A stretch of 32,000 nucleotides of DNA, taken from the NCBI RefSeq assembly GCF_000007145.1, contig NC_003902.1, forward strand, positions 3,806,497 through 3,838,496, in the 5' to 3' direction. A program made the position numbers and the translations under genes. The notes beneath the pieces are model-generated. The model was not told where the DNA came from, ran no database searches, and was given only the letters and a program-made list of their open reading frames with translations. Numbering within the stretch: the stretch's first letter is position 1; each line of letters opens with the position of its first letter. Below are positions 1-8,931 of this stretch, in pieces. This DNA comes from Xanthomonas campestris pv. campestris str. ATCC 33913. GTDB lineage: Bacteria > Pseudomonadota > Gammaproteobacteria > Xanthomonadales > Xanthomonadaceae.

Positions 1-1
1 C

Positions 2-1573
2 TACACCAGCCTCAATTACACCCATGCCGCTGCTGCGGTGGCGCAGCGCGCGCCGAACCTGATCGTGCAGAAAGTTGCACGCGAACCCGGTGGCACGCGG
101 TTGTCGCTGTCGTGCAACAACGACATCACCCAGGACACGCTGGATGCGGTCGCCGCACTTGGCTTGCCACGTCCGCTACTGGTGGCCGAAGTGGATGCGG
201 AGCTGCCGTGGATCGGCGGCACTGCGGCTGTGGATGCATCGTTCTTCGACCTGGTGCTGGAGATACCCGGCCCGTCACCGCGACTGTTCGGGCTGCCGCG
301 CCAGCCGGTCACCAGCATCGATTACGCCATCGGCCTGTATGCGAGCACGCTGGTTCGCGATGGCGGCACGTTGCAGATCGGCATCGGCACGCTCGCCGAT
401 GCACTCAGCCACGCGCTGGTGTTGCGACATACCGACAACGCCACCTACCGGCGCGTGTTGCAGGCGTTGGATCCAACGCTGACATCGCATCCGTCAGTGC
501 AGGCCAGCGGCGGCCTGGAGCCCTTTACGATCGGCCTGTACGGCTGCAGCGAAATGCTCAACGAAGGCTTCAAACAGCTGGTGGACAGCGGTGTGATCCG
601 GCGCAAGGTCCATGACGATCTGGGCTTGATGCAGCGCCTGGCCGACGGCACCGCCGACGCTGCCGATGCAGCGCGATTGGCGGACGAAGGCGAATTCCTG
701 CATGGCGCGTTCTATCTTGGCTCGCCGGCGTTCTACGCCTGGCTGCGCGCGCTGGACCCACAGCTGCGCGGTGCGATTGGCATGCGCCGCATCAGCGAGA
801 TCAACCAGCTCTACGGCGGCAATGAAGCGCTGGAGCGGCTGCAACGCCGCGATGCGCGTTTCTTCAACTCGTGCATGATGGCCACCGCCCTGGGCGCGGC
901 GGTCTCCGACGGCCTGGAAGATGGGCGCGTGGTCTCCGGCGTGGGCGGGCAGTACAACTTTGTGGCGATGGCGCACGCCCTGCCGCAGGCACGCAGCGTC
1001 TTGATGTTGCGTGCCACCCGCGCGTCGGGCAAGGACGCTGCCAGTAACGTGCGCTGGAACTACGGGCACACCACCATCCCGCGCCATCTGCGCGATCTCT
1101 ACATCACCGAATACGGCATCGCCGATCTGCGCCACAAGACCGATCAGGACTGCGTGCTGGAAATGGCTGGTATCTGCGATGCGCGCTTTCAGACCGCGTT
1201 ACTTGCCCAGGCAAGGCAGTCACGCAAACTGCGGGACGTTCCTGAGCAGGCCGCACGCGCGCAGCGCAACACGCCGCAGGCGCTGGAAGCGGCGTTGGCT
1301 CCGTTCCGCCGCGATGGCAGCCTGCCTGACTACCCACTCGGCAGCGACTTCACCGACACCGAGCAACGCCTGTTGCCGGCGCTTGGCTGGCTCAAAAGCG
1401 CCACCACCGGAAAGACCGCAGCATTAGCGACACTGATGCGCGCGCTGCTGTCGCGCGCTGCAGGTGATGCCGCCTGCCTGCAGCGCATGGACCTGGCCAC
1501 ACCGCGCAGCCTGGGCGACCGCGTGCAGGCCAAGCTCCTGGCCTATGCGCTACAGCAGACCAGGCAGCAGTGA
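2..1573 (+). CDS. Acetyl-CoA hydrolase/transferase family protein (5' end probably outside the window)
   Basis: The 511-aa ORF resembles the acetyl-CoA hydrolase/transferase fold (GTLQIGIG, GVGGQYNF segments). The reading frame stays open from base 2 to the listed GTG at 38, so the gene likely starts upstream of the window. Confidence 0.75.
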   Translation, partial: YTSLNYTHAAAAVAQRAPNLIVQKVAREPGGTRLSLSCNNDITQDTLDAVAALGLPRPLLVAEVDAELPWIGGTAAVDASFFDLVLEIPGPSPRLFGLPRQPVTSIDYAIGLYASTLVRDGGTLQIGIGTLADALSHALVLRHTDNATYRRVLQALDPTLTSHPSVQASGGLEPFTIGLYGCSEMLNEGFKQLVDSGVIRRKVHDDLGLMQRLADGTADAADAARLADEGEFLHGAFYLGSPAFYAWLRALDPQLRGAIGMRRISEINQLYGGNEALERLQRRDARFFNSCMMATALGAAVSDGLEDGRVVSGVGGQYNFVAMAHALPQARSVLMLRATRASGKDAASNVRWNYGHTTIPRHLRDLYITEYGIADLRHKTDQDCVLEMAGICDARFQTALLAQARQSRKLRDVPEQAARAQRNTPQALEAALAPFRRDGSLPDYPLGSDFTDTEQRLLPALGWLKSATTGKTAALATLMRALLSRAAGDAACLQRMDLATPRSLGDRVQAKLLAYALQQTRQQ

Positions 1574-1706
1574 TGACGCAGCCCTGACAGTGCGACTGCA
1601 TCGACGCTGGCCGTGTGACCGCTGACGCAAGACGGACACACGGTGGAAAGCATTGCGTCAAGCGCGACCGGGATGATGGCGACCACCTTCTTTCCGGCAC
1701 CGCTGC

Positions 1707-2885
1707 ATGCACTCTTTTCATGATGCGTTTTCTGCCCCGAATGCAGGCAATGACACAGAAGCGAAGCGGTTGCCCGCAAAGCGAAGAATCAGGCTGAAAA
1801 CAGCCGTGCTTGGCGTGTTACTGCTCGCCAGCGTGGCGGCGCAGGCAGAGCCGCGGCTCACCGATCTGCAGTACATCGGAAGCCATAACAGTTACCACGC
1901 CGGCTTCGCACCCAGCGAAGCAACGTTGTTGAAGCAACACGATCCCGCTGCGTTCGCGACGCTGGACTATCGCCATCCGCCATTGACACAACAGTTGGAC
2001 GACGGCGTCAGGCAACTGGAGCTGGATGTGTTTGCCGATGCGCACGGCGGGCGCTATGCGCATCCGGCGATCGTGGAACAAATCGCCAAGGCCGGGCTGC
2101 CACCGGCACCGGCCAGCGCACCCGCCGGCGTCATGAACAAGCCCGGCTTCAAGGTGTTGCATGTGCAGGACGTGGACCAACGCAGCACCTGTCAGCCACT
2201 GGTGACCTGCCTGCAGGAAGTGCGCGCGTGGTCGCAGCAACATCCGGGACATCTGCCGATCTTCATCCTGCTGGAAACCAAGCAGTCACCGGTGCAGCTG
2301 TCGTTTCCCACGGTGCAGCCGGAGCCTTTCGATCGCAAAGCCATGGATGCGCTGGATGCCGAGCTGCGCTCAGTCTTCCGACCGGGTGAGTACGTGAGCC
2401 CGGATACTGTCCGCGGCACTGCACGCACCCTCAACGCCGCGGTGCTGGCGCACGGTTGGCCAGCATTGCGCGCCACGCGCGGCAAGGTGGTGTTCCTGCT
2501 CGATCAACGCGCGGCCGGCGCCAGCTATCTGCCGGGACACCCGTCGCTACGCGGCCGCGTGTGCTTCACCAACGCCGAGCCGGGGCAGGATGATGCCGCG
2601 TTCACCGAACGCAACGACGGCCCCGCCGAGGACATCACCCGCCTGGTGCAAGCCGGCTACCTGGTCCGCACACGCACCGATGCCGATCTGAAAGAGCCTG
2701 CACGCGGCGACAACCGCCGCCGCGACGCCATGCTGGCCACCGGGGCGCAATTGCTCAGCACGGACTTCCCTGCCCACGAGCCGGCCCGCAACGGCTATGT
2801 GGTGCGCTTCGATGGCGATGCGGTTGCGCGCTGCGCACCGCAGCTGCCGCGCGCGCACTGCGAGGGTGTCGATCTCACCCACTGA
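1707..2885 (+). CDS. Secreted PLC-like phosphodiesterase (Ca-dependent PI-PLC C1-like family)
   Basis: The 392-aa ORF has an N-terminal signal-like segment (KRRIRLKTAVLGVLLLASVAAQA). The mature protein begins LQYIGSHNSYH, typical of the PI-PLC X-box-like catalytic core. The start is uncertain, with an in-frame TTG at 1770 as an alternative. Confidence 0.65.
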   Translation: MHSFHDAFSAPNAGNDTEAKRLPAKRRIRLKTAVLGVLLLASVAAQAEPRLTDLQYIGSHNSYHAGFAPSEATLLKQHDPAAFATLDYRHPPLTQQLDDGVRQLELDVFADAHGGRYAHPAIVEQIAKAGLPPAPASAPAGVMNKPGFKVLHVQDVDQRSTCQPLVTCLQEVRAWSQQHPGHLPIFILLETKQSPVQLSFPTVQPEPFDRKAMDALDAELRSVFRPGEYVSPDTVRGTARTLNAAVLAHGWPALRATRGKVVFLLDQRAAGASYLPGHPSLRGRVCFTNAEPGQDDAAFTERNDGPAEDITRLVQAGYLVRTRTDADLKEPARGDNRRRDAMLATGAQLLSTDFPAHEPARNGYVVRFDGDAVARCAPQLPRAHCEGVDLTH

Positions 2886-3018
2886 CCGGCGCTGCCTGCC
2901 CGGCAGTAATACCGCAGTGGCATGTCATCGGTCGCAATGGACAGCGTCGGCGATGCACTGCCTGTGCTCGCGTGATCGGGCCGGGCGCCCTCTCGTTCTC
3001 CACCTTGTGAGCTACCGC

Positions 3019-5733
3019 ATGCAGCATCCCCGTTCCGCCCGCCGCCTGAGCTGCGCCATTGCGCTGGCACTGTCCGCACCCGTGTTCGCCGAAACGCCTG
3101 TACTCAGCACCACGACGATGGATGCGGTCACCGTGCAGGCCAAGCACGTCGCCACACCCGGCTCGTTCGACGAGCAACGGTTGTCCAGCAGCGTCAACAG
3201 CGTGATGAGCAAACAGCAGATCGATGACATTCCCTCGGGCGGCATTGCCGATGTGGTGGCGCACATGCCAGGGTTGTCCGCGTATAGCGACATGCACCTG
3301 GGCCAGGCCACCACCGGCGAGAATGCGTATGTGAGCATTCGTGGCATGGATGCCAGCTACAACGCCTACACGCTCAACGGTGTCGGCATGCCGGAGACCG
3401 ACTCTTCAACGCGCGCGATCTCGTTGAACATGCTGGCGCCGTTCGGCATCCAGTCGGTCCAGGTGTCCAAATCGCCCACCCCGGACATGCCGGGCGATTC
3501 GATCGGTGGTGCGATCGACATGCGCACGCCCAATGCCTTCGACTTCGATCGCGACCTCTACGCCAAGACCACCGCGCAAGGCCAGTTCAACGCGCTGGCC
3601 TCCACGCTGGGCGGCAAGGACAGCGGCGGTACGCTGCAGCAGGAACTGGCCTGGAAATTTGGCGATGGCCATGCGTTCGGTGTTTACGCATCGGCCTACT
3701 ACGGCAAGAACAACAACATGGCGCAGGCGCCGGCGCCCAACAGCAAATACGTGCCTGCCGATCCGGCGCTGGCCAATGCGACCGACCTGCGTACTGCCGG
3801 GCCTTTGATCAGCACCCGCTACAAGTACAGCCTCTACACCAGCCAGATCGAACGCTACGGCGGCAATCTCTCGCTCGACTGGCAGGGCGACACCAGTGCG
3901 CTCTACGCACGCGCCATCTACGGCAGCTACGGCGTCACCGGCCAGCAGGACCAGTCCAGCGCGCGCCTGGAAACCTATCGCAACCAACCCACTGCCGTAC
4001 GTGGCGGCTACTTCAACACGCACGACATCGACGAGACAGTGGCAACCTTGCAACTGGGCGGCAAGACCACGCTGGATCGCCTGCATGTGGACTACGGCGC
4101 CTCTGTCGGGCGCGGCACCCGCAGCCGCCCGGATTACGTGTCGGCGAGCCTGTACGGCTTTACCCCGGGCAGCTTCGCCTTCGATCTGAGCGACCCGACG
4201 TATCCGAGCATCGGTCCCAGCTCCGCTGCGTTGAAAGCGTTCTTCTACGACCTGGACGCGTCGCTGCTGTGGAAGGTGCAGGGCCATGATGCCGGCAGCC
4301 ACGACAACCGCGTCAACGCACACACCGATATCGCCTACCAGGTCGATGGCGACCTGCTGGACAGCGTCAAACTGGGCCTGTCCGCCGACCACGCCGACCG
4401 CGGTGCCTACGACCATCCGTTCTTCCACAAGGATGGCAACTTCGTCACCAACGGCCCGTACTTCGGTGGCCCCAATTATGCGTTTCCCACGGCCGGTGGC
4501 CCGCCGCTGAGCGCCATCCCCGGACGCATTACCGGCAACGCCTTCAACGGCCACTACGCGGGGCCGTTCAAGCTGCTGGACCGCAACTGGATGCTGGCCC
4601 AAGCGCTGCCCTACAAGTACCTCAACGACCCCACCGGCGCCGGCGTCTACACCGCCAACGATTACAACGCCAATACCACCGCCAGCACCGAAGCAATCTA
4701 TTCCGGCTATGCGATGGCGGCGCTGCACATCGGCTCGGTGAGCGTGTTGCCCGGTGTGCGCTACGAACTGACTCGCTACGCGGCAGATTCCTGGCAATCG
4801 CGTGGCGATGGCAGCACCGGCGAGTTTGTCGGGACAGGCAGCACCTATGGCCAGGTTCTGCCCGGCATCAGCATCAATTACCGGCCCGACGACCTCACCG
4901 TGTATCGCGCCTCGCTGCGGCGCAGTTTCAGCCGGCCGGCATTCGGGCTGATTTCCGGCGAAACCGTGTATTCGATCGACGACACCCAGACCGTGGTCGG
5001 CATCTCCAAACCCAATCCCGATCTGCAGCCAAGCAAGGCAGACAACGCCGATCTGTCTGCCGAGTTCTACGACCATGACGGCGGCGTGCTCAGTGCATCG
5101 ACCTACTACAAGCGCATCACCGGTTTCATCTACACCTCGCAGTCGGCGACCAGCAACGACAACACGCTCGGCGGGCTGGTGCCGACCGGCACCACTTTCG
5201 AGAACGGCGTACCGGTGACCATGCCGCAGAACGGCGGCACCGCCACGCTCTACGGCCTGGAACTGGCGGCGAGCAAACGGCTGTTGGCATTACCCGGCAT
5301 CTGGAGCCACTTCGGCATCAATGCCAATCTCACCCTGCAGCACAGCGCAGCCGACAGCAAACGGGCGGACCAACCGGAAAAGACCTGGCTGCCGCGCGCG
5401 CCGGAGCGCATCTACAACCTGGACCTGTTTTACGACGATAGCCATCTGCGTACCGACCTGAGTTACAACTACACCGGCCTGCAATTGCTGGGGCTCACCA
5501 CCGATCGGCTCAACTACTATCTGCAGCCGGTGAAGTCGCTGGATTTCAACGCCACCTATCACCTGCCCCACCATGTCGATGTGGGCGTGTCGGCGAAGAA
5601 CCTGCTCAATGCGGCAACGTTCTACGAAACGCAGGGCACATCGAAACGCTACATGGCCTACGACCCCGGTGCCGACGGCGCCTACGTGCAGACCGGGCGG
5701 GCGTACATGCTGACGGTGGGATACACCTATTGA
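3019..5733 (+). CDS. TonB-dependent outer-membrane receptor
   Basis: The ATG at 3019 gives MQHPRSARRLSCAIALALSAPVFA, a signal peptide, followed by a TonB-box-like DAVTV, a plug region (YVSIRGM) and a C-terminal beta-barrel ending TVGYTY. The ORF-track start at 2797 is an upstream extension with no signal peptide. Confidence 0.9.
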   Translation: MQHPRSARRLSCAIALALSAPVFAETPVLSTTTMDAVTVQAKHVATPGSFDEQRLSSSVNSVMSKQQIDDIPSGGIADVVAHMPGLSAYSDMHLGQATTGENAYVSIRGMDASYNAYTLNGVGMPETDSSTRAISLNMLAPFGIQSVQVSKSPTPDMPGDSIGGAIDMRTPNAFDFDRDLYAKTTAQGQFNALASTLGGKDSGGTLQQELAWKFGDGHAFGVYASAYYGKNNNMAQAPAPNSKYVPADPALANATDLRTAGPLISTRYKYSLYTSQIERYGGNLSLDWQGDTSALYARAIYGSYGVTGQQDQSSARLETYRNQPTAVRGGYFNTHDIDETVATLQLGGKTTLDRLHVDYGASVGRGTRSRPDYVSASLYGFTPGSFAFDLSDPTYPSIGPSSAALKAFFYDLDASLLWKVQGHDAGSHDNRVNAHTDIAYQVDGDLLDSVKLGLSADHADRGAYDHPFFHKDGNFVTNGPYFGGPNYAFPTAGGPPLSAIPGRITGNAFNGHYAGPFKLLDRNWMLAQALPYKYLNDPTGAGVYTANDYNANTTASTEAIYSGYAMAALHIGSVSVLPGVRYELTRYAADSWQSRGDGSTGEFVGTGSTYGQVLPGISINYRPDDLTVYRASLRRSFSRPAFGLISGETVYSIDDTQTVVGISKPNPDLQPSKADNADLSAEFYDHDGGVLSASTYYKRITGFIYTSQSATSNDNTLGGLVPTGTTFENGVPVTMPQNGGTATLYGLELAASKRLLALPGIWSHFGINANLTLQHSAADSKRADQPEKTWLPRAPERIYNLDLFYDDSHLRTDLSYNYTGLQLLGLTTDRLNYYLQPVKSLDFNATYHLPHHVDVGVSAKNLLNAATFYETQGTSKRYMAYDPGADGAYVQTGRAYMLTVGYTY

Positions 5734-5742
5734 CCAAGCGGC

Positions 5743-5777
5743 GACGGGAAGACGCAGCGCCGGTCTTCCCGTCTTTG
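5743..5777 (+). terminator. Rho-independent terminator after the TonB-dependent receptor
   Basis: Perfect 11-bp stem GACGGGAAGAC (5743-5753) / GTCTTCCCGTC (5763-5773) with a 9-nt loop, followed by TTTG. It starts 10 nt after the stop codon. Confidence 0.7.
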
Positions 5778-6034
5778 TGCGGGCCGTGGCCACAGCAATG
5801 GCCTGTGTGGAAATGTAGAGCTGCGCCGCCGCGCGTCGCGCGTGCATGTTACTGATCGCGGCAATCAACCTGAGCGCGCGTTGTTTGGCGGCAGTGCCTG
5901 GGCAACGGGCGCATTGCCGCGCGCGCGCGCCACAGGCGTCAGTGATTTAGGCAGTTACTCCGGGTGCAGGGATTTCACGGCGGGTACGCAGCCCACTGCG
6001 GCAAGGTGCGTGCACGCCTTCTCTGGAACCACCC

Positions 6035-7009
6035 ATGCCCTCACGTTTTCATGCTCGCGCCTGCTTGTTGACCCTGGCCCTGGGCGCGGCGCTGTCCTCG
6101 GTTGCGCAGGCCCAGCAGCCGGCCGCCGCACCTGCACCGATCAGCGCACCGACCACGGTAGGCACCGGACCACGTTCGGACCTGCACGCCCAGGTGCTGC
6201 TGGACCGCGCGCATTTTTCGCCCGGCCAGATCGACGGCCAGCGCGGCTCGAACCAGAAGCGCGCCATCTCCGGTTTCCAGGCCGCGCACCGCATCAAGGT
6301 CACCGGCGAGCTGGATGACGCCACCTGGCAGGCCTTGCAGGCCGACACCACGCCAGCACTGGTGCAGTACACGCTGACCGATGCCGACGTGGCCGGCCCG
6401 TTCCAGCCGATTCCCGACCGCCCCGCCGAGCAGGCGAAGTTGCCGGCGCTGGGCTATGTCTCCATCGAAGAAGCGCTCGGCGAGCGTTTCCACGCTGACC
6501 CGGACCTGCTGCGCCAGCTCAACCCCGGCGTTGACCTGAGCAAGGCCGGCAGCGTTATCCAGGCGCCCAACGTGGACGGTGTGCCTGCGCTGAGCAAGCC
6601 GGCCAAGCTGGTCATCGACAAATCCGATTCGACGCTGCGGCTGTTCGATGCGCAGGGCAAGGTGTACGCGCAGTTCCCGGTGTCTTCGGGCAGCAAGCAC
6701 GATCCGCTGCCGATCGGGCGCTGGAAGATCCTGGGCATTTCGCGCGACCCCAAGTTCCACTACAACCCCAAACTGTTCTGGGATGCCAAGCCCGGCGAAG
6801 GCAAGGCCACGCTGCCGCCGGGCCCGAACAACCCGGTGGGCCGCGTGTGGATCGATCTGTCCAAGCCGCATTACGGCCTGCACGGCACGCCGGAACCCGG
6901 CCATGTGGGCAAGACCGAATCGCATGGCTGTGTGCGCCTGACCAACTGGGACGTGGTGAACCTGGCCAGCGTAGTGGACGCCTCGGTGCCCGTGGTGATG
7001 CAGGAGTAG
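6035..7009 (+). CDS. L,D-transpeptidase (YkuD family) with N-terminal peptidoglycan-binding-like region
   Basis: Signal peptide MPSRFHARACLLTLALGAALSSVAQA. Catalytic motif HGTPEPGHVGKTESHGCVRLTN (the conserved His...Cys-x-Arg of YkuD domains). Confidence 0.9.
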   Translation: MPSRFHARACLLTLALGAALSSVAQAQQPAAAPAPISAPTTVGTGPRSDLHAQVLLDRAHFSPGQIDGQRGSNQKRAISGFQAAHRIKVTGELDDATWQALQADTTPALVQYTLTDADVAGPFQPIPDRPAEQAKLPALGYVSIEEALGERFHADPDLLRQLNPGVDLSKAGSVIQAPNVDGVPALSKPAKLVIDKSDSTLRLFDAQGKVYAQFPVSSGSKHDPLPIGRWKILGISRDPKFHYNPKLFWDAKPGEGKATLPPGPNNPVGRVWIDLSKPHYGLHGTPEPGHVGKTESHGCVRLTNWDVVNLASVVDASVPVVMQE

Positions 7010-7012
7010 GCC

Positions 7013-7744
7013 ATGAAGACGCTGATGATGCTGATCGTGGGCGTGCTGATCGGTGCGGCGGGGTATTGGTGGCTGGACCTGCGCCACGCCACCGACCCTG
7101 TGGCTGCATCGCCAGCGGCGGCGGCGGCGGCCACGGCATCCGCGCCTGCTGCGCAACGCGCGCCTGCATCAGCAGCACCTGAGGCGATGACTGCTGCCAC
7201 ACCGCTAGCGGCGGCACCTGCGCCGGCACAGGCAGCGAGCGCGATGGCTGCACCGGTCAGTGGCCCGTCCGCTGCGCAGGCATCGGCATCGGCAAGCAAC
7301 AACGTGGCCTTGCTGATCCCGGTGCAAGGCATCACCAGCAGCCAGTTGCAGGACACCTTCACCGACGCACGCAGCGAAGGCCGCGTGCATGATGCAATCG
7401 ACATCCTGGCACCGGCCGGCACGCCGGTGCTCGCGGTGGCCAACGGCACCGTGGAGAAATTGTTCGACAGCAAGCGCGGTGGCCTGACGGTCTACCAGTT
7501 CGAGCCCGGCGGCAAGTACTGCTACTACTACGCGCATCTGCAGCGCTATGCGGACGGCTTGGCCGAAAAGCAGGTGATCAAGCGCGGGCAGCTGATCGGT
7601 TACGTCGGCAGCACCGGCAATGCCGATCCCGCCGCACCGCATCTGCATTTCGAGATTCACCGTCTCGGCGCGGAACGCGAATGGTGGAAGGGCGAGGCGC
7701 TGAATCCCTACCCGGTGCTGCATGGTGATCAGTCGTTGCAGTGA
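7013..7744 (+). CDS. M23 family metallopeptidase with Ala/Pro-rich N-terminal linker
   Basis: HDAID (HxxxD) and PHLHFEIH (HxH) zinc motifs of M23/LytM peptidases, plus one N-terminal TM/signal segment. The start lies 3 nt after the upstream stop, with an AGGAG Shine-Dalgarno inside the end of the upstream gene. Confidence 0.9.
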   Translation: MKTLMMLIVGVLIGAAGYWWLDLRHATDPVAASPAAAAAATASAPAAQRAPASAAPEAMTAATPLAAAPAPAQAASAMAAPVSGPSAAQASASASNNVALLIPVQGITSSQLQDTFTDARSEGRVHDAIDILAPAGTPVLAVANGTVEKLFDSKRGGLTVYQFEPGGKYCYYYAHLQRYADGLAEKQVIKRGQLIGYVGSTGNADPAAPHLHFEIHRLGAEREWWKGEALNPYPVLHGDQSLQ

Positions 7745-7784
7745 TTGCCTGTCACGGCCGCGTTGCATGATCAGTGCAGTGAAT

Positions 7785-7819
7785 TGCATCGCTGCTGCGC
7801 ACTGTGCCGCAGCGATGCA
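7785..7819 (+). terminator. Hairpin downstream of the M23 peptidase gene (possible terminator, no U-tract)
   Basis: Perfect 11-bp stem TGCATCGCTGC (7785-7795) / GCAGCGATGCA (7809-7819) with a 13-nt loop, 41 nt after the stop. No T-run follows. Confidence 0.4.
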
Positions 7820-8066
7820 GAATCACCCGGATTCAATGCGCGGCTCGCAGGCGTGAGCGATACCTGATGAGCGACACTTTCAAATCCGGATTGTGATGTG
7901 TGGCCTAGATCATCGAGCGCATCGCGGCCCCGGGCGACGATGCGTTTTGCGCTGCTCGAAGCGTCTGCTCGGCCCCATCACTCAACACCTAAAGCCGCTG
8001 CTAGCCCCCACCTGCGCCGATGTGCAGCATGGGCACATCAGCGCAGTGAAGGCACGGCAGTGATCC

Positions 8067-8828
8067 TCAGATCAGCATGCCGCCGGATGCCTCGATCCGC
8101 TGCGCATTGATCCACGCCGTGCCGGGCGCAAGTAGCGCGGCGACCACCGGGCCGATATCGTCCGGCTGCCCCGGCCGGCCCAATGCGGTGACCGAGGCCA
8201 CCATCGCGTTCACCTGCGCGTTGTCGCGCACGCTGCCGCCATTGAAGTCGGTTTCGATCGCGCCCGGCGCCAGGGTGTTGGCGGAAATACCGCGTGCGCC
8301 GAGCTCCTTGGCCAGGTAACGCGTAAACACTTCGATGCCTCCCTTCATCATGGCGTAGGCCGAAGACCCCGGCAGCGCGAAACGCGCCAGACCACTCGAG
8401 ACATTGAGAATGCGCCCGCCGTCGGCAATCAACGGCAACAGGGTCTGGGTCAGGAAATACGGCCCTTTCAGATGGATGTTCACCAGCGCATCGAATTGGT
8501 CCGCGGTGGTGTCGGCGATGGGCGCGTGCAAGCCGGTGCCGGCGTTATTGACCAGCGCATCGAACTGGTTCCGCTCCCAACTGGCCAGCACGTCTTTGAG
8601 CCGCGCAGCAAAGTCGGCAAACGTGGACACGTCTGCGGTATCGAGTTGCAGCGCATGCGCGCGGCGGCCCAGTTGCTGGATGTGGGCCACCGCTGCGGCC
8701 GCGTCGTCGGCCTGGCGGTGATAGGTCAGCACGATGTCGTGGCCGGCGGCGGCCAGTGCGTGTGCGGCGTTGCGGCCCAGGCCGCGGCTGCCGCCGGTGA
8801 TCAGGGTGATGGGTGTGGTGCTGTGCAT
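8067..8828 (-). CDS. Short-chain dehydrogenase/reductase (SDR) family oxidoreductase
   Basis: The ATG at 8828 gives MHSTTPITLITGGSRGLG (TGxxxGxG cofactor motif). The YAMMK (YxxxK) active site is present. The ORF-track start at 9119 is an upstream extension that overlaps the divergent lysR gene. Confidence 0.9.
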   Translation of the reverse strand: MHSTTPITLITGGSRGLGRNAAHALAAAGHDIVLTYHRQADDAAAAVAHIQQLGRRAHALQLDTADVSTFADFAARLKDVLASWERNQFDALVNNAGTGLHAPIADTTADQFDALVNIHLKGPYFLTQTLLPLIADGGRILNVSSGLARFALPGSSAYAMMKGGIEVFTRYLAKELGARGISANTLAPGAIETDFNGGSVRDNAQVNAMVASVTALGRPGQPDDIGPVVAALLAPGTAWINAQRIEASGGMLI

Positions 8829-8931
8829 GCCGTGCTCCGCGAGTGAATGGACAGGACGCAGGCTATTAGCCTTGCGGCATGACATAAATCGCCACATCCT
8901 GATTGCACCGTTCACTCTCAGCGACCAATCC

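Noticed and set aside
2797-3018. Upstream in-frame extensions of real genes in the ORF track: 2797 vs 3019 for the receptor, 8734 vs 8932 for lysR, 9119 vs 8828 for the SDR, 15264 vs 15561 for the hydrolase, 11617 vs 11317 for the transposase, and 30353 vs 30263 for pilQ.
   Set aside because: The shorter starts yield proper signal peptides or family-typical N-termini and, where visible, Shine-Dalgarno sequences. The extensions overlap neighbouring genes or cross an IS terminal repeat, and their sequence is not protein-like.
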